A stretch of 64,000 nucleotides of DNA from Diplonema japonicum. Its lineage: Eukaryota > Protista > Euglenozoa: Diplonemea. The DNA lies in the NCBI GenBank assembly GCA_964019335.1, contig OZ025652.1:62001-126000 (forward strand), given 5' to 3'. The translations under genes and the position numbers were made by a program. The notes under the pieces are model-generated. The model searched no databases. It saw only the letters and a program-made list of their open reading frames with translations, and was not told where the DNA came from. Shown piece after piece: positions 37,000 through 47,688 of the stretch (position 1 is its first letter; the number at the start of each line of letters is the position of its first letter).

Positions 37000-38088
37000 T
37001 TAACACTTAACTTGAGAGGGGGGCAAGGGTCCAAGGATTCTTGAGCACCAATTGCTAACGAATCCCTTGTCAAAGGGGTTTCTATCTTTTCCGTAGACGG
37101 AACGGAAGTTTTCCCGCTCCGTCAGATTGCTGAGAGCGAGAGAGCAGTAGAAGATGCCGAAGAGGCCGACACAGATACCGATGAGGAAGCTGTAGACGAC
37201 GAGGAGAAGCTGGATGCCTTGGACAGAAGAGACGGTGGTGCGGTACTTTCTCGGCCACTTGTTGCCAAGGTCGTGAACGGTGAACACGAAGACCCATACC
37301 GCGAGGAGTGCTGTAGTCCATAGAAAGCCTGCAAAAAAGCGGAAGGTGCGCATGCCCACACATGATCCCAGCACTGGGCAGTGGTGGTCGAACTCCTGCA
37401 CACATACATCACAAGAGGGACAATGTGCGGCTCGCAACGGCCTGTACATGCCACACGATGTGCACCACCTTCGTATCACATCATCGCCCTCGTATTCCAC
37501 AATGTCGTCATGCGCATTCAGCGGTACCATATTTAAATGGCGTGCCTCTGTCGCAGGCGGAGGCGATGGTCCATGTAGCGCCGGCACAATGCCCGGCTCT
37601 AACATAGATGCGAATGCCCCACATAACAGCGATCCCGATCCTAGTATTATCACACCTATCTTCGCAACCTGACTATCTGTCACCCAACAAAAAAACAGCC
37701 CTGGCACCACTATTAAAAGTATCACCATTCCAAACATGCTGCTGTCGCTCGACACGATAAGCGAGTTCTTGCATATGAGCTGCTTTCTGCCAAAGTTGTG
37801 TTTCTTCTGTGGCGTGCTGCTTTGCAACTTCCCAGCCCTTTTTTGAGAGTTTGCATCTCTTCCAGAGGAATCCAAGGGCCACATTCCCCGTCCACTCTCT
37901 GGGCAGCTGTGCCCCGCGTGGTCCTTCCAGCTTTCGCCGCATACTAGGCAATCTCCTGAATGCTGCATCACACAATCATTGCTGCAAACTAAATCTGACG
38001 CACGCAACAACTCCACCTCTTCTTTCAGGTTCTGTATCTCGTCGCTAGGCTGCGCAGAGAGCGCACTTCGTGACCTGAACATCGACAT
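37000..38088 (-). CDS. DHHC palmitoyltransferase with an N-terminal Cys/His motif
   Basis: EPGIVP, RWCTSCGMYRPLRAAHCPSCDVCVQEFDHHCPVLGSCVG, NLTERE, NPFDKG. Start taken at the ATG just after an AG acceptor. Confidence 0.9.
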   Translation of the reverse strand: MSMFRSRSALSAQPSDEIQNLKEEVELLRASDLVCSNDCVMQHSGDCLVCGESWKDHAGHSCPESGRGMWPLDSSGRDANSQKRAGKLQSSTPQKKHNFGRKQLICKNSLIVSSDSSMFGMVILLIVVPGLFFCWVTDSQVAKIGVIILGSGSLLCGAFASMLEPGIVPALHGPSPPPATEARHLNMVPLNAHDDIVEYEGDDVIRRWCTSCGMYRPLRAAHCPSCDVCVQEFDHHCPVLGSCVGMRTFRFFAGFLWTTALLAVWVFVFTVHDLGNKWPRKYRTTVSSVQGIQLLLVVYSFLIGICVGLFGIFYCSLALSNLTERENFRSVYGKDRNPFDKGFVSNWCSRILGPLPPSQVKC

Positions 38089-38192
38089 ATTCCTGGTGTA
38101 CATGATGGCAGGAGGGGGAGACACAAATAACACTAACATGAGCAAATCAACACCGGCAATGTATCCTAATCAAGTCGTAACCTTCAATAAGC

Positions 38193-39946
38193 CTAGTCAA
38201 GAGTGGGCCCTTTGGGCGTCTCTTTCGTCGGCTTCGTCTCCTGCTCGATCTGCATGTTCTGCATCACCATCTTATTGATGACCGCAAGCTGGGACTGGAT
38301 ATCAGCTTCCTCAGCGGTCTTGTGTGCGTTTGGTGTGTTGCAAGGCATACCGTGGGTGGCGCAGGTGTCGCAGTCTTCGCGCCCTGCAAGGCCATCGCAG
38401 TCTCTTGTTGCTCCCTCATCTTTTCTTGGATGAATGCATCCTTCTCCTTTGGGCTCATACGTGCCAATTTTGCCTGGTCGTCAAGCATCTTCTTGTACCC
38501 ATCAGCCATCCATTCCTTCGTGAGCTCGTCCGAAACAGGCGCATCGGCGTCTAGCTTCATCGACTTACGGACGGCAGCATCCTGCATCTTCTTGACGTTA
38601 ATCTTCTCACTGATGGGGAGGGTCTGCATCTGCTGCTGCACTGCCTTCGGTGCCCAGGGAGGGATGATGAGCCCAGTGTCAGCATCCACATCCAACTTTG
38701 AACCCATTATGATCTCAACAGTCTCAGGAGCACCAGCCATGGTTGCCCAGCCTCTGCGCGATTTTGTCTTGAACCCCTTGGCAGCAGCACCTTCAGCGAC
38801 GAACAAGCTCTCCAGCGTGGCACCGTCGACAACCCTGAACCACATGAGCCCCTTGTCGCCCTCGAGGGTTACGCTCCACACTGGAGTGAATTTTGTGTGC
38901 GCCGGTGGGACAGGGCCATCAGCAGCTGCCTTTAGCTCACCCTGCAGCCTACTCCCAGAGGCAGTCTCCTCAACAAACATCGACTTGCCGTCGATTTCCT
39001 TGAACTCGAACGCAGACAAGTCACCATCGGGCCTTCTTCCATACACCCATTGGCCGATGACAGCAGCAGAAGGCGGCTTGTCCGCACGCGTGAGGTTCAT
39101 TTTCGTCCATTCTTTCATGATCCACTGCTTGGTTTGCTGTTCTGTGGGCTCTTCTGACACATCCAGCGCAGTGGGCTTTGCGGTCGAGCCCTGCAAAGTG
39201 CCAACCACACCCTTGATCGAAAGGATCTGGTGTCTGCGGAGGGCTGCCTTCTTCTGCGCAGACATCTGGCCAATCTGGAACTTCTCCGCAGGAGGCATCC
39301 ACTTCGGCAGCACCAGGCCTGCCTCTTCAGTGTCAAAAGCAGTATCGATCTTGTCGGGCAGCACAAGGAGGCCCTGCGAGACAAGGAGGCCATCGGTAGG
39401 CGCCTGCATGCCCCCTGGCTGAGGACCCCCGTGACCCTGGCAAGGAACACCACCGTGAGAGTGACCGCCGCCATGGGAGTGACCACCGTGGGAGTGGCCG
39501 CCATCGTGGTTGTGTGCACCGCCATGGCCTTGGCAAGGGACACCACCGTGGGAGTGGCCGCCACCACCACCACCACCGTGGGAGTGGCCGCCACCATGGT
39601 TGTGACCACCACCATGGCCTTGGCAAGGGACGCCATTGTGCGAGTGCCCACCGCCCCCACCGTGGGAGTGGCCGCCAGCGCCTCCCATGGCAGTCATCAC
39701 CTTCATCTTTTCGTACTCCGACTTCAGCCACTGTTTATACTGGCTGTCAGTAGGCATTGCGTTGCTGGAAAGGTTAAGCGCCTGGCGGACGGTAATAAGT
39801 TGCTGCTGGAGGATCATCTGCTTACGCTCAGGGGGCATGGTGTTCATGGCGGCCAGCATCTGGGGGGGTGCCCAGGGGGGAAGGACAAGACCGCAAGGGT
39901 CCTTTGTTAGCGGGGCGCTGGGGTCATAATCGGGAAGCTGCTGCAT
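38193..39946 (-). CDS. Hypothetical protein with three copies of a GL(V/I)(L/I)PxWxP helical repeat and a His/Gly-rich GHSHGG tract
   Basis: Long ORF with coding-like codon use. Internal repeats are visible. A 32-nt GTATG...AAG intron near 38319-38350 gives a last exon ending at 38193. Confidence 0.8.
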
Positions 39947-40760
39947 CTTATTTGTTATGGCTGTCAAGTGAGGGGTGTGAATAAAGGGCCGCATCAACAA
40001 ACGAGAACAAAATTAAAAAATAAAATAAAAAAGTTAGACCAACAAAAATGACTAGTGACGGGTGTGCTTGGTGCATATTGTGAAGGCACCTTGCTTGCGG
40101 CTTCAAACCACTAGCAAAGAGGTAAGGACATAAGTCCATAGCCCTTGGTGTTCAGACAGTGAGGACCTGTATGTCCAAAGGTGTCTGGAAGGCTGGAAAT
40201 AAGAGTCAAAGGATCAAGGTCTAACTGTGTGATCCTGATTAAGAAAACAAATCATCGGGTGTAGCAGAAGGGAGGGTAGAGTAATGTGCCATATCAACTA
40301 CGACAGCACCAAACGAGCAACTCCTCAGTGTCAGCGTGTTTTGCTGACACAAAAGAGAAAAGAAAAAAATTAAATAAATAAAAAAAGCGGGGCTATAATA
40401 AAAAAAGAATATACGTGGAGGTGTGGTGACAAGGGTATGTGAGGAAAGAAAAAAAAAATAAAATCATTTTTTATTTTTATTTTTTTCTTTCTTTTTTTTT
40501 TCTCATATTGATTCTTTCTTTCTTTTTTTTGTTTCTTTCTTCTTCTTCCTTCATTGAATAGCCCACCAATCCTCCAAGAGCTGACATGGTTCAGCCCATT
40601 GTTTCTTCCCCCCATTTTATATTCGTTCGTTCTCAGTACGGGGAGGGGGGGGTTTACATATTCTTGATACCTTATAATTGAAGGAAGCCTAGATGTTCAC
40701 TTCATAAGTAAAGACGAAAGTATAAAAAAAAAAGAGGGGTTGTGAGGGGGGGGAAACAAT

Positions 40761-41168
40761 TTAGTAAGCAATCCGGAGGGTAGGGTGTAGGGTGCTCAGT
40801 TCAATATCGTCGTCTAACAAATTGCTGAGATCTGCGATAAGGGACTCTTCTTGTGCAGAATAACGGAGTTTTGCCTTCTGAGCAATTTCGCAGCTGACAC
40901 CGGTCAGCACTGTGTTACCAAAGCGTTCATATCTTTCCTCTATGGTGCTCTTGCGTCTACGCACATGAAGGAGTTCGCACTCGTTGTTGTCGCATGCCCC
41001 ATGTAGGAAGGCCATGCACCTGGGCACAAGGTAGCTTCGAATCTTCCACTTCTTCTGACACTCCCGGCACCTCAGGATCTTGTAGCCTTTTCGTGTTCTT
41101 ACATCATCCCAGTCATTGTGGCCGCAGGGAACATTTTCTAAGACATCGTTCGCTTCCTCCGTGATCAT
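40761..41168 (-). CDS. Small Cys/His-rich putative Zn-binding protein (CxHNDWD motif plus CCCH-like finger), paralogue 1
   Basis: 135-aa intronless ORF: PCGHNDWDDVRTRKGYKILRCRECQKKWKI...RCMAFLHGACDNNECELLHVRRRK. The motif is conserved in the 45143-45688 paralogue. Confidence 0.8.
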   Translation of the reverse strand: MITEEANDVLENVPCGHNDWDDVRTRKGYKILRCRECQKKWKIRSYLVPRCMAFLHGACDNNECELLHVRRRKSTIEERYERFGNTVLTGVSCEIAQKAKLRYSAQEESLIADLSNLLDDDIELSTLHPTLRIAY

Positions 41169-41715
41169 TTCTTGTAGGAAAAAAAAAAATGAGAACCTAT
41201 AAAAAAAAATAGCATGCAGAACGTGGGAAAGGGGGGGAATGAAAAATAGAAAACACTGACTAAAAGGGGAGGGGGGGAACCGCTCACTCGTTTTTGTTTT
41301 TTTTTTCCACTTGGTGTTTTTTTTTTTTTTCTAAAAAAAAAAAAAAAAAAAAAGAAAAAAAAATTGTAAGGCAAGAAAGAGCTGTTCTGTTTTTTATTTT
41401 TATTTTATTTTTTTATTATTTTTTATTATTTTTTATTCCCCCTATTCTTCTGCGTTCCTTTCAATTAAAAATTAATAAGAGCTTCCCCCCCCCCCCCCCC
41501 CCCCAGGCGATTTTTCTTACTAACATCAACTAAAACCTTTCACGTCGTGCTTGCACTATTCTAGAAGAAAAAGAGAAAAAAAAGGGGGAGGGGGGAACAT
41601 ATGAACACTCAGGAACATGACAGGGACCCTGTCCCTGACAACTACCATCAATGCGTCTTCAAGTGAATACTTGCATTTTGATTTTTTTTTTTCTTTTTCC
41701 TAAAAAGATTATGTC

Positions 41716-41742
41716 AAGCGCAGGTAAACGGCGGGAGTAACC

Positions 41743-41774
<32 letters not shown>

Positions 41775-41837
41775 TTTTAATAAAGACGCGCATGAATGGA
41801 CCAATGAGATTCCTTCTAAAGGAACGGTACTTGAATC
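41716..41837 (+). pseudogene. Degenerate cytosolic LSU (28S-type) rRNA fragment, helices H68-H71 region
   Basis: AAGCGCAGGTAAACGGCGGGAGTAACCATGACTCTCTTAAGGTAGCCAAATGCCTCGTC...GACGCGCATGAATGGA..AATGAGATTCC matches the conserved eukaryotic LSU segment. It is only ~120 nt long and there is no rDNA on either side. Confidence 0.9.
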
Positions 41838-43496
41838 TTTACCCTGCTTGTCTTTTCGATCTCGTTTAAATTACTTTTTTTTTTCCCCTTTTTTTTTTTT
41901 CCTTGATTATAATTAGGGGGCCCACACGTGTAGCAGCAGATATGGTAGAACCCCCCACCTGAAAGCCAAAGAGAGTTTTTTTTTCTTCTTCTTTTTCCCC
42001 CCCCTTCAAAGACTCAGTAATAGTGATGTTTGATCTTTTTCTTTTTTCTTTTCTTCCTCCCCCTTCTAAAGGTTTCTCCAAATAAAAAAAGGGGGGGAAG
42101 TGGCACATCGATCTACAGGCTGGCATTCACTGGCTGGACAACTTCACTCTCTTTTACTAAGTTGGCTACATGAAAAGTTCTCTTTTGGCTAGCTTATATA
42201 ACCCCTTTTTGTTTCTTCTTTTCTTTCTTCTTTTTATCCTTTTTTTTTTTTGCCGTCTTTCTTCTTAAGAATGCCATTCTTTTAAAGACGAAAAAGATAA
42301 TCTCGCTCCCTTTCTCTCTTATTGAATAACTTTACGGATGAGAATGGGATGGGGAGTGGGGGGGGGGGGGACGGAATTGAAAGGAGAGAAAAAAAAAAGA
42401 AATGGTGGGGTGTCCCCCGTGCAGTTTCACTCACCTTTAAGAAAGGGCAAGTTATCCCTTTTTTTTTTTTTCGTTTTCTGTATTGTGTTGTAGCCAAATT
42501 CACACCTGACAAAGAGGGTATTTGTTAGCAAGATACAGCACAAAAGCTCTTTTTTACTTTTTTTTTCTTTGATAACTACAAAAAGAACGTTGTTTCTGTA
42601 TTTCCTTTTTTCTTTCCCCCCCCAATCACATATTTATGAAAAAGATCCAGGCTCTTTTTGTAAAATTGACACACAATAACGGGGGGGGGGGGGGGGGGGG
42701 GGGGCTTTGTTTTGCGACCTTTTTCCCAAAGCCACAGAAATAAACGACATTTCTAAACAAAAAAGAATTCACTGATGGGGAGGGGGGGAGGAACTATCAA
42801 TCACCGCTCACGGTAAAAAAAGGTAAAAAAAAAAAAAAAAAGGAATTCGATAATATTTCGATGTGCAGAGTGCTCAAAGTTGCAGGGAGGGGGAGGGGGG
42901 CATTGTGTTCTCGCTGTTCAAGTAGAAAATCACACTGTTGTGGGAAAAAAAAGGGAGGTAAAGTTGTCAAAAATTCGACCCCACCATTTTTTTCTTTTTT
43001 GCAGAAAGTACAAAGTTAAGCAACAGCATAGAGCACCCAACCCTGCGCCTAGCTTCATTATCAACCGAGATGTGCAAGGGGAGGACTTCACAAAGCTGCC
43101 TATAAGATGCAACCTCGCTCCCTCTCTTGGATGCCCAAAGACTTCGAAACAGCAAACCGAAAAAAATTTAGTTTTAACCATTTTTTCTTTTTTTCGTACT
43201 TTGTTGAAAAAAACCAGGGGTCAAATAAGTACTTTTTACCCTCCTCTCGTCCTCTCCAATAATAATAAAAAAAAAATCCTTTCCCCCCCCCCCTTTTTTG
43301 TTCATAGCCTTATCTTGTAAGCTTTCTTTTTTGTTTTAAAAAAAGAAAGCTTTACAGGATAATATTTTGTGCGGTTTGGCTACTTCTTTCCTTCACGTGT
43401 AGCCCAACAGAAAAGAAAACTTCAAATCTGGGTTTGAGCTTTTTCTTTTTTTTTCTTTTTTTTTTCCCCGTACAAGATTCCGTAAAAAGAAGAAAC

Positions 43497-43542
<46 letters not shown>

Positions 43543-43737
43543 AGTAAAAGACTATCCCACCTGAGGACCCTTTTATTGTGAGTTTCTATCTATTAATGCT
43601 TCCTACTGGATGATTCTTGGAGCATTCTTGTCGTCGCGCTTTCCGTGGACATAAAGACAAAAAACTATTTTGTTAAGGCATGCGTCTTTGCGCTCACCCG
43701 GTCTAGACAAAAGTAAACTAGACTCTTAACGTTGCTG

Positions 43738-43761
43738 GTTGTTGTTGTTGTTGTTGTTGTT
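43738..43761. repeat. (GTT)8 microsatellite
   Basis: Direct reading of the sequence. Confidence 0.9.
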
Positions 43762-45142
43762 GCGCTCCCCTAAAGCTACTCATAGAGTCGCAGTTGCTTG
43801 TGGTTATTTTCTTACTCGGGAAGGGGGGAGGGAAGGGGGAGGAGAAGGAAAAGAAAAAAGGGCGCTTTTTTGCCTACCCAACGTTGCACACCAAAAAATA
43901 GCAAAGAACGGTAGAAAGATCTTTTTTTTTTTTTTTTTTTTTTTCTTTTTTTTTAAAGCATTGTGTAATTCTTCCGGTGTACTTGGCAAGCTGTTGCAAC
44001 TAAAGAATGACAAGCAAGGAAAACAAATAAGTGGGGGTGTCCCTACTAGGTATCTAAGCATAGGTCACTGCTCAAGGAGAGAGCGTGGGAGGAGAAAAAA
44101 AAAAGGGGGAAATGGGTCATTTTATGGCTACAAATTCCCTTTTCACTTCTTTTTTCTTTTTTTTCTTCTTTTTTTTTTCTTCTTTTTTAGTTCTGCGGCA
44201 TTGGTCATCCAGAAGAAATGCAAGATTGTCCTGCCTGTTTTTTCTTTTCTTTTTTTCTTTTCTTTATTATTTTTTTCCGCTATGAGCTCAGACCATAAGG
44301 GGAGAAAAAAAAAAATCGGGAAAATATCTCTGCACAGCACTCAGGAGGTCACTGAGAAGAAGAAGTCCAGACCAGTGTTAAAATAAGAAGAATGAAAAAA
44401 AAAAAAATTCTAACCATGACGGGGAGAAGTGGTAGCAACGACCCAACCAAAAAAAAAAAAAAATAGCTATTGATTGCCACAGATTATGGCCATAATCTCA
44501 CTCGAGAACTGGTGTTAAAAAAAAAAAAGGTTCGAGAGTAAATCTTACGTCGCTTTTCAGAAATTGAGTCACTCCGTTTGATGGAAGAAAGCTCAGCACG
44601 GGGGTTGCAGGTTCTGTTAGGGCAACTTTTCGCGTTCAAATAGAGAATAGGGGCTTCCGGAGTGAAGAAATTTCTGAAAAGTGAGATTTTAAAAAAAGAA
44701 AGAAGAAGAAAAAAATAACCCTTGCCCTTGAAACCCAAGAAGAGGAGCTTGTGATTGAATGATTGCTGTGGCATTTTCTTTTTTTTTTTTTTTTTGGTTT
44801 GCCCAGAGAAGAGAGGAGCGGGGGGAGATGGGGGGAAGTAGTGTCTGTCGCCAGTCGCTTGAAGTTTGAGCCAACTCAATAAAAAGAAGAGAAGAAGAAA
44901 AGAAGAGAAAAAAAAAAAAGAAACTGAGTTGTAAGAAAAGAAAAATCAAAGGGGGGTGTTGACTATAAATGGGTAAACCCCCCTTCTCCCATCCCCGAGG
45001 AGGAGCCGCGACCCAACAGAGAGAATAAAGAAGAAATTGAAGGGGGGGGAGGGGGGGGGGGTGCAAAAAGATGGACCGGAACTGAAATAATATAAAAAAG
45101 AAAAAGAAGAAGAAAAAAAAAACTCTCTCTTCGTTTTTCACC

Positions 45143-45688
45143 TCAATTTCTCAGCCATTTCACGTAATCAAAAACATCAGACATGAACCCCCTGTCGGAC
45201 ATAGATATGTCACCAAGCTCAGGCGTCATGCTGTCAAGCTGGGTCACATCTTCCATCAAAGAAGCATACTGCTCTGTGTCTGGTGGTGCCGTACTTGCAC
45301 GCAGTCCTTGGCAGTTTGCGAGATTGCTCTTCTGTATAGGTAGAGACGCGCAGACTGACGAAAGGGGCATGGGTGGTCTGTGGCTCTCTTCCTCTTCTTC
45401 CTCTACTTCTTTGGCCGCGAACAATTTCTCCCGTTCTTCCTTTCCCATCTTCTTTCTCCTTACGTGTAACATTTCGCAAGCGTTTCCTTTGTCGCAGCAC
45501 TCGTGCAGGAAGGGAAGACATCGTTCGATGTTGTTAGGTATTTTCCACTGCACCTGACACACCCTGCAGCGCAAGACCTTGAACCCTTTCTTTGTCCTCA
45601 CGTCGTCCCAGTCATTGTGATCACAGGGACGCGTGGCGATCACCACCTGAAGGTCTTCACTACGCTTCTTCTGCGGCGCTAGTGACAT
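45143..45688 (-). CDS. Small Cys/His-rich putative Zn-binding protein (CxHNDWD motif plus CCCH-like finger), paralogue 2
   Basis: PCDHNDWDDVRTKKGFKVLRCRVCQVQWKI...RCLPFLHECCDKGNACEMLHVRRKK. ATG at 45688 follows a poly-A tract. Confidence 0.8.
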   Translation of the reverse strand: MSLAPQKKRSEDLQVVIATRPCDHNDWDDVRTKKGFKVLRCRVCQVQWKIPNNIERCLPFLHECCDKGNACEMLHVRRKKMGKEEREKLFAAKEVEEEEEESHRPPMPLSSVCASLPIQKSNLANCQGLRASTAPPDTEQYASLMEDVTQLDSMTPELGDISMSDRGFMSDVFDYVKWLRN

Positions 45689-46232
45689 TTTTTTTTTTTT
45701 TTTTTCTTTTTTTTTTTTTACCTTGTGTTGGCTTATCAAAAAAAAAAAAGAAAAAGACCACTAAAAAAAATATTAAAAGAAATGAATATAAGAGATTTCG
45801 GAGATGGATGAAGGAAAAAAAAAAAAAAAAAAAGACGGGGGGAAGGGGGGGAGCAACGACAGTAAAAAAAAAGAAAAAAAAACTAAAAAAAGGGGTGGTG
45901 AGAGGAAAGCACGCGGGGGAGGGGGGGGGGAAGAAAAAGCGAAGAAGCACACAGTAGATGGATACCGCGATAAGGCATCGCATTGCAGAACAATATAACA
46001 ATATCAAAGACCACAAGAAAAAAACAGACGCATGGCAGACGGTGGCATACGAAGAGGAAATAATAATAAGTAAGTAATGATTCTGTGGGTGTGGGTGGAC
46101 ACACTGATTGACCGCATTTCTTGTCAAGAGGAAAAAAAACCAAAGTAGACGGGGGAAACACACTGTTGGGGCTGGGTAACACTTCTACTGAAGCAAGATA
46201 GCTTTGATGATGTGCTGTGATATTGTCGGTGC

Positions 46233-47613
46233 CTACTCCTCCTTCTCCTCGGTGGGTTCTTCTTCCTGTGCCTCTTCTTCCTCTTGGGGTGGCACTGGTT
46301 CTTCGGCAGGTTCTTCCACCTTGGGTGTTAGCTCGGCTGCTGCTGCTTCTTCTGCCGCCTGCTGCTCCGCCCTCGCAGCCTCTTCCGCTGCTTGTTGGTC
46401 GAGGATGGCCTGTTGTTTCGCATCCTCCTCGGCCTTCACCTTCTCCGCCTCCCTCCTCTTCTTGTCAAGCTCCTTCTTCTTCTTTGCCTGCTGCCTCTTG
46501 CTCCCGGTCACTCCTATTTCAAACTCCACCTGCAGTCTCACCTCGTTGGTCCTCTCTCCTTTGCCACCCTTCTTGCCCCCTTTTCCGCCCCCAGATTGAA
46601 ACTCTCCTCTGTTCGCGTCACCCCTGTCACCCTTGCCCCCTTTCCCGCCCTCGAATTCCCCTTTGCCACCTTTCTCTCCCTTCTTCCCGCCCTGCGGCTT
46701 CGGTGGAGCCTCCTCACCCACCCATTTGATCTTGTTCTCCATTATCTTGTCCATCGACGTTCGGAGGAGTCTCGGGTTAATCCAGAACGAGTACTGTTGG
46801 CTGTAGTGCTTTGGACTTCGCATACCTTCACCCACTTCTGCGAGAAGATCTCGCACTCCTTCGCAAACTCCACTCTGTCACACTCTTCGCCTTGCTTTGT
46901 CGCGTCCACCACAACCATCGTCATCTTCACAAACTCCGCAACGCACTCCTGTCAAAGTCAAATGCCCAGACATCCACATACCTGCACTTCCTCGTTGTTG
47001 TACAAATCATCGTTACCATCTCTCTTCCTGTAGTCCTTCAGCAGGAGTCGCTTCGAGAAGTAGTCGTTGATGCTGTATGGTATGATGGTGGCTCGGGTAC
47101 ATACATGTCCTTGTGCTGGGCCTCCTTCTTGTGCTGGTGTTGGTGTTGGTGCTGGTGATGTTGATGCTGGTGCTGGTGCTGGTGATGGTGGTGCTGGTGA
47201 TGATGATGGTGATGGTGGTGCCCTGCCTGACCCATCGGCTGTGTCTTGCGGCCCTTCCCACCATCGTAGTCTGTGGAGTAGCTAACCAGTGCGCATTTCA
47301 TACCAGTCCGCCCCGTCCAGCTTGCGGGGTTCCCGTAGTACCCCCCCATGTCATGACCGGGTGGGGTCATCCAACTCTGCCACGCGGCGTTGCTCATGTA
47401 ATTCGGCCCCCCGTACGACTGCTGGTTCCAGCCCGCCTGGTACTGCCACCCGCTCCTGTGTCAGTACATTGGGTTAATGTATGCATACATATTGTTGTAG
47501 TCACTCCTGCCGGCAGGGGCCGTCTGTCTCTGCCAGTCATACCCCTGCTGCTGCTCTTGTCCCAGGCTCGCCGGTTCCTCCTTTTCCCCTTGTTGGTAAT
47601 TATTATAAGCCAT
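46233..47613 (-). CDS. Hypothetical low-complexity protein (Q/Y/G-rich N-terminus, His/Gln run, small folded core, GGKG repeats, coiled coil, acidic tail)
   Basis: Several short ORFs join through five GTATG...ACAG introns of ~32-33 nt into one reading frame ending at 46233. Confidence 0.65.
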
Positions 47614-47688
47614 TTTAATGTCTGTGAGTTTAGATAGGTTCCATAACAAAGAGGACAAAAAAACAGGTTTTTAAGCAAAAGGCAAGGG

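Larger units (their letters stand above)
40350..46200. repeat. Homopolymer-rich island (A, T, G and C runs, up to ~40 nt) surrounding two small genes
   Basis: For example an A-run at ~43499-43540, a G-run at ~42681-42704 and many T-runs. Sharp compositional contrast with the flanking coding blocks. Confidence 0.9.

Noticed and set aside
21058-39910. Long plus-strand ORFs (e.g. 30665-31780, 31781-32791, 38322-39422, 21058-21912)
   Set aside because: Antisense shadows of repetitive or GC-rich minus-strand genes. They have no domains of their own.
40150-40350. Possible box C/D snoRNA (minus strand) and GTGTCAGC/GCTGACAC hairpin at ~40328-40350
   Set aside because: The box C match is poor and I could not assign an rRNA target. 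An 8-bp stem alone is not diagnostic, and no Helitron CTRR end follows.
41716-41837. Functional rRNA gene or a module of a fragmented LSU rRNA
   Set aside because: It is too short, has a substitution in the H69 loop and an apparent internal deletion, and has no neighbouring rDNA.
42095-42175. IHWLDNF peptide reminiscent of a retroelement reverse-transcriptase motif
   Set aside because: Only a few residues, followed by a stop, with no other RT motifs nearby.
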